A DNA stretch of 32,000 nt from Bacillus subtilis subsp. subtilis str. 168 (lineage in GTDB: Bacteria > Bacillota > Bacilli > Bacillales > Bacillaceae). The stretch spans positions 2,550,001 to 2,582,000 of the forward strand of contig NC_000964.3 of assembly GCF_000009045.1 (NCBI RefSeq). Reading direction: 5' to 3'. The notes below the pieces were generated by a model. It was not told the DNA's origin, made no database searches, and saw only the letters and a program-made list of their open reading frames with translations. This document shows, piece after piece, positions 1 to 7,982 of this stretch. The translations under genes were made by a program, and so were the position numbers. Each line of letters begins with the position of its first letter. The stretch's first letter is position 1.

Positions 1-1448
1 ACGGGAAAGCGATTTTAGCAGATGAGGTTGGTCTCGGAAAAACGGTTGAAGCTGGACTGATTCTAAAAGAATATATGATTCGCGGGTTAGCAAAAAAAAT
101 TTTGATCCTTGTGCCCGCTTCCCTTGTGTCACAGTGGGTCAAAGAGCTTCAGGAAAAATTTTTGATTCCGGCTGTTGAACAAAAGAAAAGCTATGTGTGG
201 GAGCAATGCGATATTGTCGTCTCATCAATAGACACCGCGAAGCGCTCGCCCCATCGAGAAATCGTTCTGTCTATCCCATATGATCTTGTCATTATTGATG
301 AGGCACACAAACTGAAAAATAGCAAAACGAAGAACTATGAATTTGTCCGGAATCTCGTAAAAAAATATTGCCTGCTTCTTACCGCGACGCCAATCCAGAA
401 CCGTATCGAAGAGATTTTCAATTTGGTGTCCTTATTAAAACCCGGCCATTTAGGCAGTCAGAATCACTTTCAGGAGGAGTTCGCCAAGAAGAAATCCAGT
501 TTAGAAGCGCATGAACATTTAAAAGATCTTGTGAATAAAGTCATGATCCGTAACAGGCGGCATGATACAGGGCTGAATTGGAAACAGCGCCATGTTGAAA
601 CAGTGCCGATTCAATTTTCTCCATCAGAGCAGGCGCTTTATGATGAAATTTCTCGTTTGAAGGACAGTATCAATAAACCAGCCAGCATGTTCTCGATTAT
701 GACCTTGCAAAGAGAATGCTGTTCGAGCAGAGAAGCGGTATATATGACGCTGAAAAAGATGCTTGATCAAAAAGAGAAACAAGCACCTGCCATTGATGAG
801 GATACGATTTCAGTTTTGATAGATCGCATCAATCAAGTGACACAAAACTCTAAAGCGCTTCAAGTTGTTGACTTGATCAAAAAGATCGACGATAAGGTCA
901 TCATTTTTACAGAATACCGCGCAACCCAGATTTATCTGCAGTGGTTTCTTCAGCAAAACGGCATCAGTTCTGTGCCGTTTAGAGGCGGATTTAAACGTGG
1001 AAAAAAAGACTGGATGAAGGATCTTTTCCGCGGAAAAATCCAAGTCCTTATTGCAACTGAAGCAGGCGGTGAGGGAATTAACCTGCAATTTTGCAATCAC
1101 ATGATCAACTATGACCTGCCATGGAACCCGATGCGGCTTGAGCAAAGAATCGGAAGAATTCACAGACTCGGGCAGGAGCGTGACGTGCATATTTATAACA
1201 TGGCGACAAAACATACGGTGGAAGAGCATATTCTAAAGCTTTTATATGAAAAAATTCATTTGTTTGAAAAAGTGGTCGGTGAACTTGATGATATTTTAAC
1301 GAAAATTCAAGTGAACAATTTTGAAGAGCACCTTCATGACATTTTGTATCACTCAGCAACAGAAGAAGAAATGAAAATAAAAATGGATAACTTAACCTCA
1401 TTTTTGTCTTATAAAAAACAGCTGCCTGCTGAAAAAAGAGGATCTTAG
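1..1448 (+). CDS. yqhH: SNF2/DEAD-box family helicase, C-terminal part (5' end outside the window; codon phase starts at base 3)
   Basis: The reading frame is open from base 3 upstream of the ORF-track start and encodes GKAILADEVGLGKTVEAGLILKEY (Walker A). DEAH box (VIIDEAHKLKN) and helicase motifs (TATPIQNR, EAGGEGINLQFC, RIHRLGQ) follow. Confidence 0.93.
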   Translation, partial: GKAILADEVGLGKTVEAGLILKEYMIRGLAKKILILVPASLVSQWVKELQEKFLIPAVEQKKSYVWEQCDIVVSSIDTAKRSPHREIVLSIPYDLVIIDEAHKLKNSKTKNYEFVRNLVKKYCLLLTATPIQNRIEEIFNLVSLLKPGHLGSQNHFQEEFAKKKSSLEAHEHLKDLVNKVMIRNRRHDTGLNWKQRHVETVPIQFSPSEQALYDEISRLKDSINKPASMFSIMTLQRECCSSREAVYMTLKKMLDQKEKQAPAIDEDTISVLIDRINQVTQNSKALQVVDLIKKIDDKVIIFTEYRATQIYLQWFLQQNGISSVPFRGGFKRGKKDWMKDLFRGKIQVLIATEAGGEGINLQFCNHMINYDLPWNPMRLEQRIGRIHRLGQERDVHIYNMATKHTVEEHILKLLYEKIHLFEKVVGELDDILTKIQVNNFEEHLHDILYHSATEEEMKIKMDNLTSFLSYKKQLPAEKRGS

Positions 1449-1468
1449 CCTGTAAGGAGGTTTTATTA

Positions 1469-2263
1469 GTGAGACAGCAAGAGGTTCACGATTTTCTGCT
1501 GCGTTTTTTTCAAGCAAACAGCTGCCAAATCGTCGATCAAGGCTTAGGCTATATGACAGTGCAGCTTACAGTTGAAATGGACAAACAAATCATGAACCGC
1601 CCTTTCTACTGGCATTGGCGCGAGAAGACAGGCGGTGATCCGAATCCAATGAAAATCACTTTTATTACAGATAAAGAAAATGCGCCAAAAGACCTAGATG
1701 GTGAATTTATATATTTTGGGGCCCCGCGTCTTTTTCAAATATTCAAAGCTGTTAAACAAAATGGGAGATTTACCAGAATGTATGAGAAAATTGAATCAGC
1801 CGGAGCTAAAGTCCCACTTCAGCCTTGGCTTGGTATAAATGTCACGATTTCATACCAGTCCGACATGAAAAAGGATAAGTTATTGTCACTAGGTCTTCAC
1901 CTAGTCTCTGGAACGATAATTGAAGATTTTCAAAGCAAGCTGACCCAGTTTTCACTGACGTCTCAAATATGTGACTATTGCTTCACCATTTCACCTATGA
2001 TCAAACCAGAAAGCGGACTTAAGCGTATGGAAAACTATATTTCCAAATCCGCTATGCAGGAGCCGTCCGACTGGGCGGAACAGGCGGTTAACAGGTGGAA
2101 GAATGATATGACATTGCTTGATAAGTTTTACGAGCATATAGAAGAAAAACCAGAAGAATACCATCTAGAAAAACAGGCGCTGAAAACCTTGTATCAACCA
2201 AAGATATCAGTTGAAATTGAAAATGGCGGATTGTTTTATCTGCAAAATAATATTTCAAGCTAA
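1469..2263 (+). CDS. yqhG: YqhG family protein of unknown function, GTG start
   Basis: 264-aa ORF, strong Shine-Dalgarno AAGGAGG upstream of GTG, located between yqhH and sinI as in B. subtilis. Confidence 0.9.
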   Translation: MRQQEVHDFLLRFFQANSCQIVDQGLGYMTVQLTVEMDKQIMNRPFYWHWREKTGGDPNPMKITFITDKENAPKDLDGEFIYFGAPRLFQIFKAVKQNGRFTRMYEKIESAGAKVPLQPWLGINVTISYQSDMKKDKLLSLGLHLVSGTIIEDFQSKLTQFSLTSQICDYCFTISPMIKPESGLKRMENYISKSAMQEPSDWAEQAVNRWKNDMTLLDKFYEHIEEKPEEYHLEKQALKTLYQPKISVEIENGGLFYLQNNISS

Positions 2264-2274
2264 CTTTTTTACCA

Positions 2275-2281
2275 TTCGACA
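2275..2281 (-). promoter_or_regulatory. Candidate Spo0A box (TGTCGAA on the minus strand) upstream of sinI
   Basis: TTCGACA on the plus strand is an exact match to the 0A-box core. The sinI promoter is known to be Spo0A~P controlled. Confidence 0.6.
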
Positions 2282-2445
2282 TCATTCTCGTTTTTTTTGA
2301 GAAAATACGATTATAATAAAGGTATATTGGAAAAAAATTCTGGTGATTTAATGGCAAATGACTTCCAGAGACTAATGAAGCATACAATAAGTCATGGCCG
2401 GACTGGCTGAAATACATAAACAAGTATTTTAGGAGGAGAAACTGC

Positions 2446-2619
2446 ATGAAGAATGCAAAACAAGAGCACTTTGAATTGGATCAAGAATGGGTTGAATTAA
2501 TGGTGGAAGCCAAAGAGGCAAATATCAGCCCGGAAGAAATACGAAAATATTTACTTTTAAACAAAAAGTCTGCTCATCCTGGTCCGGCAGCCAGAAGTCA
2601 TACCGTAAATCCTTTCTGA
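2446..2619 (+). CDS. sinI: SinI, antirepressor of SinR (57 aa)
   Basis: Translation MKNAKQEHFELDQEWVELMVEAKEANISPEEIRKYLLLNKKSAHPGPAARSHTVNPF, SD AGGAGGAG. Below the size cut-off of the ORF track. Confidence 0.98.
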   Translation: MKNAKQEHFELDQEWVELMVEAKEANISPEEIRKYLLLNKKSAHPGPAARSHTVNPF

Positions 2620-2621
2620 AT

Positions 2622-2631
2622 GTGCTATAAT
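2622..2631 (+). promoter_or_regulatory. Candidate extended -10 promoter element for sinR (GTGCTATAAT)
   Basis: TATAAT at 2626-2631 preceded by TG-type extension, 22 nt upstream of the sinR start. No convincing -35. A separate sinR promoter is known in B. subtilis. Confidence 0.5.
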
Positions 2632-2652
2632 ATCACAAGGAAGGTGATGACA

Positions 2653-2988
2653 TTGATTGGCCAGCGTATTAAACAATACCGTAAAGAAAAAGGCTACTCA
2701 CTATCAGAACTAGCTGAAAAAGCTGGGGTAGCGAAGTCTTATTTAAGCTCAATAGAACGAAATCTACAAACGAACCCCTCCATTCAATTTCTCGAAAAAG
2801 TCTCCGCTGTTCTGGACGTCTCGGTTCATACTTTGCTCGATGAGAAACATGAAACCGAATACGATGGTCAATTAGATAGTGAATGGGAGAAATTGGTTCG
2901 CGATGCGATGACATCCGGGGTATCGAAAAAACAATTTCGTGAATTTTTAGATTATCAAAAATGGAGAAAATCCCAAAAAGAGGAGTAG
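2653..2988 (+). CDS. sinR: SinR, HTH transcriptional repressor of biofilm genes (TTG start, 111 aa)
   Basis: MIGQRIKQYRKEKGYSLSELAEKAGVAKSYLSSIERN... XRE-type HTH. TTG start with AAGGTGATGACA SD. The ORF-track start at 2620 adds 11 upstream codons. Confidence 0.98.
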   Translation: MIGQRIKQYRKEKGYSLSELAEKAGVAKSYLSSIERNLQTNPSIQFLEKVSAVLDVSVHTLLDEKHETEYDGQLDSEWEKLVRDAMTSGVSKKQFREFLDYQKWRKSQKEE

Positions 2989-3031
2989 TGCCTGAGCAGA
3001 GGCACTAACTCCTCTTTTGTCAATAACCATC

Positions 3032-3073
3032 GAGACGGCCCAGTATATGAATACTGGGCCGTCTCTTTTTTTT
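3032..3073 (+). terminator. Intrinsic terminator of sinIR, lying between convergent sinR and tasA
   Basis: GAGACGGCCCAGTAT-ATGA-ATACTGGGCCGTCTC followed by T8. Confidence 0.93.
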
Positions 3074-3080
3074 GCTGTTA

Positions 3081-3866
3081 TTAATTTTTATCCTCGCTAT
3101 GCGCTTTTTCATTTTCTTTCACGTAACCATCTTTATCAGTATGGTCCTTTTTGATTGTCAAGCCGTTCCACTGTGTAGCTTCGAATGAGAATTGAAGCTT
3201 AATGGAGTTGCCTTGATATTTATTTTGAACCATAAGCCCTTTTTCATCTTTTGTTTTATCATCCTTGAATTGGATTTCCATTTGAACCTGATCGAAGTCA
3301 GTTGGTGTTTTTGGAACACCATCATATTCAGGAGCGGTTTTACCATCAATTGTTGCTACATTGACTTTACCGCTTGCATTTAAGAATTTAGGGTCAATTT
3401 GTTTTTTGATTTTTTCAGCAGCCGCTGCATCATTTTTAGCAGACATCAAATACAAGTCTTTAAGGTTCGCATCATCTAAAATAATGTTTTTCGGGTAGCC
3501 ATTGCCGCCCTCTTTTCCAACTGTCAACAATGTCACTTCAAACTGGCTGAGGAAATCTTCTGGAGATGTATTGCTGCCGCCGTTTGCTTTAAAATCTCCA
3601 TAATTAAGCGCCATTAGAACTTCTTTGATCGCAAGTGATCCGTTATTTTCAAATTGGAAATCCTTTGTCAACTTATCTCCCGGCTTTAGATTTGATAAGT
3701 TCACACTCGCTGAATTCTCTTTAGCAGATAAATCAAGCGTACCTGATGCAAAAGTAGCATCCTTTGATTTAATGTCGTTAAATGCTGCCCATGTTCCTCC
3801 TCCAACTAAAGCTAATCCTAGTGCTGCAGAAGCAACTCCTAAACTCAATTTCTTTTTCATACCCAT
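3081..3866 (-). CDS. tasA: TasA, major biofilm matrix fibre protein (camelysin family)
   Basis: 261-aa MGMKKKLSLGVASAALGLALVGGGTWAAFNDIKSKDATFASGTLDL, SipW-type signal peptide. Confidence 0.98.
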   Translation of the reverse strand: MGMKKKLSLGVASAALGLALVGGGTWAAFNDIKSKDATFASGTLDLSAKENSASVNLSNLKPGDKLTKDFQFENNGSLAIKEVLMALNYGDFKANGGSNTSPEDFLSQFEVTLLTVGKEGGNGYPKNIILDDANLKDLYLMSAKNDAAAAEKIKKQIDPKFLNASGKVNVATIDGKTAPEYDGVPKTPTDFDQVQMEIQFKDDKTKDEKGLMVQNKYQGNSIKLQFSFEATQWNGLTIKKDHTDKDGYVKENEKAHSEDKN

Positions 3867-3929
3867 GGTAAGCTCCCCTTTTATTGAATGATTTTATATC
3901 GAAACCTGTTGCCAGGTTTACAACTGAAG

Positions 3930-4502
3930 TTAAGTAGACATGGTGCTGTCCTTTGTATCTGTTTCCAAGGCTTTTGTCTTTCTTTCAATTTCTCTAATGG
4001 CGCTGCTGATCGTCACAAAAGCGTAAACTAACAGCATCACGCCGGGAACAATCAATAATACAGCCGTTCCAATCGGCTGGCTGGCAAAATGAAGCATATA
4101 GCCGGCATATGGAAGCTGAAAACCTGTGTATTGCGCGCGAACATTTTCGTCCGATACAGGCGCTGAATCAGCTGCTGCATTATTATCACCTTTTGTTTTA
4201 AATAACAAATGGTCTCCTTGCTTTGTTATGTCAACAATTCTGTGGGTGACCGCCGTATTTGCATCCTGCATAAATGTAATAACGTCACCTTTTTGGAGCT
4301 CTTTCACATCAGTGATTTCTTTGACCAATATTAAGGAACCTGTATTGAACTCCGGCTCCATCGAACCTGACAGAACTGATTTCAGCGTATACCCAAACAC
4401 TGCCGGCTCTCCCCCGGATGAACGTGTTGAAATCACGACAAGTGTCAGCACAATAATAAGAGTAAAGATGATCACGTATAAAATATTACTGATCAGCTTC
4501 AT
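3930..4502 (-). CDS. sipW: SipW, ER-type signal peptidase I processing TasA and TapA
   Basis: MKLISNILYVIIFTLIIVLTL... with VLSGSMEP catalytic serine region. Start chosen 4 codons inside the ORF-track start because GAGG abuts the upstream ATG. Confidence 0.95.
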   Translation of the reverse strand: MKLISNILYVIIFTLIIVLTLVVISTRSSGGEPAVFGYTLKSVLSGSMEPEFNTGSLILVKEITDVKELQKGDVITFMQDANTAVTHRIVDITKQGDHLLFKTKGDNNAAADSAPVSDENVRAQYTGFQLPYAGYMLHFASQPIGTAVLLIVPGVMLLVYAFVTISSAIREIERKTKALETDTKDSTMST

Positions 4503-5247
4503 TGCTTTTTTCATCCTCTTCCCCGCTTTCCTTCTGGTCTGATTGAGTTTCTTTTTCTTTGGTTACAGCTTCTTGAGATGTTTCTTCTTTCATTGTTTTT
4601 TCCGGTATATCTTTTTGTGTTGTTTCATTCTCCTTTTTGACGTCCGACTTTGTTTCTTTTTTAGGGACTGTCGGTTTTTCATCGCATTTTGCAAGCCTCA
4701 TAGGCTCCGACCACTCAAATGTACTGCCGTTTGCCGGGTAGCCTGCCGGTTTATATACTTTAAATGCATAAATGCCGGGTTTCATTTTTTTCTTGGTCTC
4801 AATTTTATAAAGTGAATCGCCGATTTGATTGGAGACAAATCCTTTTTCGATCACGTTCCCATCCTTTAACGGTTTGCGGGCATTTTCAAGCTTATGAAGC
4901 TCCCACTTCCACTTTGATTTCTTAAGTTTCTCACCTGTATTTTCGAGCACAGCAAATAAGGCGAAAGGTGAGCATACAGTGCCTTTCGTATCCGTTTGAT
5001 CTGATATGTGCAAATCACTTTGATCCCAGCGTTTATCATAATGGCAGTTTTTATCTGTATGCTGAAAGTCTTTACACGTTTGAAGTGAGACATCAAATGT
5101 TTCAATATCATGAAAAGCAGCGCTTGTATCATCGGAAAATTGTAAGCATATTGCGGCAGTCAGACTGAAAATGACTGAAAGCTGAAAGATAAGCAGAACT
5201 TTCAGTTTCGTCTTCGCCTTTTGCTGATTGTGAAACAATCGAAACAT
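4486..5247 (-). CDS. tapA: TapA (YqxM), TasA anchoring/assembly protein
   Basis: 253-aa MFRLFHNQQKAKTKLKVLLIFQLSVIFSLTAAICLQFSDDTSAAFHDIETFDVSLQ..., first gene of tapA-sipW-tasA. Confidence 0.97.
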   Translation of the reverse strand: MFRLFHNQQKAKTKLKVLLIFQLSVIFSLTAAICLQFSDDTSAAFHDIETFDVSLQTCKDFQHTDKNCHYDKRWDQSDLHISDQTDTKGTVCSPFALFAVLENTGEKLKKSKWKWELHKLENARKPLKDGNVIEKGFVSNQIGDSLYKIETKKKMKPGIYAFKVYKPAGYPANGSTFEWSEPMRLAKCDEKPTVPKKETKSDVKKENETTQKDIPEKTMKEETSQEAVTKEKETQSDQKESGEEDEKSNEADQ

Positions 5248-5288
5248 ATCTTACCTCCTGTAAAACACTGTAACTTGATATGACAATC

Positions 5289-5304
5289 GTTCTCTTTAAA
5301 GAAC
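5289..5304. promoter_or_regulatory. SinR operator-like perfect palindrome GTTCTCTTTAAAGAAC upstream of tapA
   Basis: Matches the SinR consensus GTTCTYT with an inverted GAAC half; sits between the tapA start and its likely -10 (TATACT on the minus strand near 5320). Confidence 0.8.
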
Positions 5305-5518
5305 TTCACAAATAGAGTATAATCAACGATTTATAGATTTAAAAACACCGAAATCGCTCATTTTGTTCGTTTAAAAGAATGTTTTCATCATATTACAAAG
5401 TCTTGCTCAGTATTGCTCATTTTTTCAATTTTTTAGAAATTTTTGGGATTGTTATGTGAGAATTTAAATGCATATCCCATTATTATTTGGTAATAATAAA
5501 CAAAGAAAGGGTGACAGC

Positions 5519-5845
5519 ATGATGATCAAACAATGTGTGATTTGTCTATCTCTTCTCGTCTTTGGCACCACAGCCGCTCACGCAGAAGAAACACCGCTTG
5601 TAACCGCCCGCCACATGTCCAAATGGGAAGAGATTGCTGTAAAAGAAGCAAAAAAAAGGTACCCGCTCGCACAGGTACTGTTCAAACAAAAAGTATGGGA
5701 CCGTAAAAGAAAAGATGAAGCAGTGAAGCAATACCATTTAACTCTGAGGGAAGGGTCAAAAGAATTCGGCGTTTTTGTGACGATTTCATTTGATCCTTAT
5801 AGCCAAAAGGTCAATAAAATTGCCATATTAGAAGAATATCAATAA
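5519..5845 (+). CDS. yqzG: Small secreted protein, DUF3889-like (108 aa)
   Basis: MMIKQCVICLSLLVFGTTAAHAEE signal peptide; SD AAAGAAAGGGTG upstream of ATG 5519. Start downstream of the ORF-track start. Confidence 0.88.
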   Translation: MMIKQCVICLSLLVFGTTAAHAEETPLVTARHMSKWEEIAVKEAKKRYPLAQVLFKQKVWDRKRKDEAVKQYHLTLREGSKEFGVFVTISFDPYSQKVNKIAILEEYQ

Positions 5846-5876
5846 GGTCCTCCATTTTTTGAAGGACCTTATTCGT
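5841..5876 (+). terminator. Hairpin overlapping the yqzG stop codon, candidate terminator between convergent yqzG and yqzE
   Basis: AATAAGGTCC...GGACCTTATT inverted repeat followed by only a moderate T-rich tract. Confidence 0.55.
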
Positions 5877-5886
5877 TTATTTGCGG

Positions 5887-6066
5887 TTATTTTTTCCGTT
5901 TCAGCCAAAGTCGGAAGCCATAGGGTAAAATACCGAACCACTGCTGGGAAACAGGCGTTTTTGTTTCTTTCCGCACCTCTTTTCGTTCTTTTCGCTCATC
6001 TCTCGGAGTATCTATATATTTGACAAATTGCTGCGTCATATATTTAACATAATCATTCGTTTTCAC
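5887..6066 (-). CDS. yqzE: YqzE family small protein, last gene of the comG cluster (GTG start, 59 aa)
   Basis: Translation [22 protein letters not shown]...[17 protein letters not shown]; SD GAGGTG. Missing from ORF track (<60 aa). Confidence 0.85.
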
Positions 6067-6136
6067 GTGATCACCTCATCATTCAATTATTATGAGTGTT
6101 GTCTCACATGACTTTTTTTATACCCTTTACACTGTT

Positions 6137-6511
6137 TTATTCTGTCCATCTCAGCAGTTTTTTCTGTTTTTGGTCAAACACGATCTGTGCAGTTCTTTCT
6201 GTTCCCGAATCCGTTGACACTCTTAAGTTGATTTCTTTTTGTTCTTTTATCGATGTATCATGAATGTAATAAGAAACCCGTCCATATAGAAATTGCTGCG
6301 TACCCTCCTGGCCTTTCCGTTCCTCTAGAACATGCCGAATCGAAAGAAGCACCCCATTTTGAAGCAAATTCTCTCCTATGTATAACTCTTTTGTTTCCTT
6401 CTCAAACATGCAGCGTGAAATATATTGAGCAGCAACAAAGTTCACGATTAACAGCACAAGCGCTGACACAAAAAGAACAGCTGGATAAATAAACCCTCTT
6501 GTACGATACAT
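6137..6511 (-). CDS. comGG: ComGG, competence pseudopilus component
   Basis: 124-aa MYRTRGFIYPAVLFVSALVLLIVNFVAAQY..., position in comG operon. Confidence 0.95.
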   Translation of the reverse strand: MYRTRGFIYPAVLFVSALVLLIVNFVAAQYISRCMFEKETKELYIGENLLQNGVLLSIRHVLEERKGQEGTQQFLYGRVSYYIHDTSIKEQKEINLRVSTDSGTERTAQIVFDQKQKKLLRWTE

Positions 6512-6895
6512 TCACCCCCCTCCTAAATACGAATAGACTGGAAAAGCAGTTTGATACACTTTTTGGTCTTCACTCTCAATTTTCAGCAAAACAACACCAT
6601 TTTCAATATCAGCTTTCATGGCAGTAATATGATCTAAAATCGGAACATGCCCTTTGCCATCCACTCTTTTTCTTATCATTGAATGATAAATGTCAAAACG
6701 GATGTCTTGTCCGGAAAGATTGGTGCAGATTAACACGCTCCCATGCTCGGCTGTCTTAACTGCCTGTGATTCCTTGCATTCATTCATCATCTGTTCTATC
6801 GAAATCATCCATTCCTGCTGTGTGAAACCGTCATGTTCCTGCTGTCGAGACAAAAACAGATGGATAATCGCAGCTAACGATCCTGATATGAGCAA
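6512..6895 (-). CDS. comGF: ComGF, competence pseudopilus component (TTG start as conventionally annotated; the true 5' end probably lies upstream)
   Basis: 127-aa MLISGSLAAIIHLFLSRQQEHDGF.... Upstream in-frame codons encode a pseudopilin signal (see findings). Confidence 0.93.
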   Translation of the reverse strand: MLISGSLAAIIHLFLSRQQEHDGFTQQEWMISIEQMMNECKESQAVKTAEHGSVLICTNLSGQDIRFDIYHSMIRKRVDGKGHVPILDHITAMKADIENGVVLLKIESEDQKVYQTAFPVYSYLGGG

Positions 6896-6920
6896 AAAGA
6901 CTGAGAGCGAAAATAATACG

Positions 6921-7268
6921 TTAAGAAGCGTGTAGCCATTCTGTCTGCAAAATGCTGAGGCAAAATGATTTTTCTTTATAAGCTGCGGCTTTGATACATA
7001 CGTTTTGATATTCGCCCTCCTCCTCCCACTTCATTGCATAGATATGATTGTTCTTTGTAATCGTTTTTGACGCGGCTCCTTCACCACTCATGACATATTT
7101 GCTAATGCTCTCATTCATCATCTGATAGCCAATTTCTCGTGATTCCGCCATTTTTTCATCAGCCATCAGCTTGTCCCACAAGGGGACGACTGTCAGCAGC
7201 ACAAACAGCCACAGGCTTAGCGCAGACATTGTTTCTATTGTAGAAAAACCTTTATTTTCTCTCCACAT
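6921..7268 (-). CDS. comGE: ComGE, minor pseudopilin
   Basis: 115-aa MWRENKGFSTIETMSALSLWLFVLLTVVPL..., type IV prepilin-like N-terminus. Confidence 0.95.
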   Translation of the reverse strand: MWRENKGFSTIETMSALSLWLFVLLTVVPLWDKLMADEKMAESREIGYQMMNESISKYVMSGEGAASKTITKNNHIYAMKWEEEGEYQNVCIKAAAYKEKSFCLSILQTEWLHAS

Positions 7269-7683
7269 TGACTCTCCCGCTCCCTAGATAAACTGTTATG
7301 TCATAAACGGCATGGCCTTTTACTCGTATTTTTCCGCCTGCATTCGGGTGCCCTTTCTCATTAAATTCCAAACGGTCTTTTAATGTCAGCAGTTCTATAG
7401 AAAGTCCCGTTGCATACGGACGTTCAATAACCGTATCACCAATGACTAATTGATATTCTTTTTTATGAAAGAGAATTTTTGTTCTTTGTTGACGGGAAAT
7501 AGCAGTCTGCTGTGTGAGCATAATATCATTTTTCAGCTGACTTGCTGCCTGTCGGACAGCTGTATTGTCATAAGCAGGAGGAAGTGTAGTGAAGACGGCC
7601 ACCAGGAGGATAGAGGCAAGGCTTAACACAAGCAAACTTTCTAAAAGGGTAAACCCCTTCTCCTCGTTTAATTTAATGTTCAA
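7252..7683 (-). CDS. comGD: ComGD, minor pseudopilin (TTG start, 143 aa)
   Basis: MNIKLNEEKGFTLLESLLVLSLASILL; TTG start at 7683, overlapping comGC. Confidence 0.94.
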   Translation of the reverse strand: MNIKLNEEKGFTLLESLLVLSLASILLVAVFTTLPPAYDNTAVRQAASQLKNDIMLTQQTAISRQQRTKILFHKKEYQLVIGDTVIERPYATGLSIELLTLKDRLEFNEKGHPNAGGKIRVKGHAVYDITVYLGSGRVNVERK

Positions 7684-7969
7684 CCTTAACTTCTCCGCCG
7701 GTGATGATAATGCGCTTACCATTTGGACAGACAGCATCCTTTTTCACATAGCCCTCTGACTGTAAATCGGCAAGGCTCGGAGTTTGTCCTTCATGATCAA
7801 GCTCAAATGCAGTCATTTGTGCCTTAACCATGTTTTGTAAGCCTTCACAGCCCTTTTTTTGAATGGTTTGATTATGTTTCGTGACGTTCGGTATCGTAAT
7901 TAAAAGCAAAATCGAAATAATAAAGAGCACGATTAACATTTCAACAAGTGTAAATCCTTTCTCATTCAT
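7673..7969 (-). CDS. comGC: ComGC, major pseudopilin
   Basis: 98-aa MNEKGFTLVEMLIVLFIISILLLITIPNVTKHNQ. Confidence 0.97.
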   Translation of the reverse strand: MNEKGFTLVEMLIVLFIISILLLITIPNVTKHNQTIQKKGCEGLQNMVKAQMTAFELDHEGQTPSLADLQSEGYVKKDAVCPNGKRIIITGGEVKVEH

Positions 7970-7982
7970 CAGCCTCTTCCTT

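Noticed and set aside
810-1229. 139-aa antisense ORF inside yqhH
   Set aside because: Lies entirely opposite conserved helicase motifs, no SD and low-complexity shadow translation; the same reasoning applies to the other antisense ORFs in the track.
2620-2652. Upstream extension of sinR to ATG 2620 as in the ORF track
   Set aside because: The real start is TTG 2653 with a well-spaced GGTGAT SD; the upstream ATG has no SD and overlaps the putative sinR promoter.
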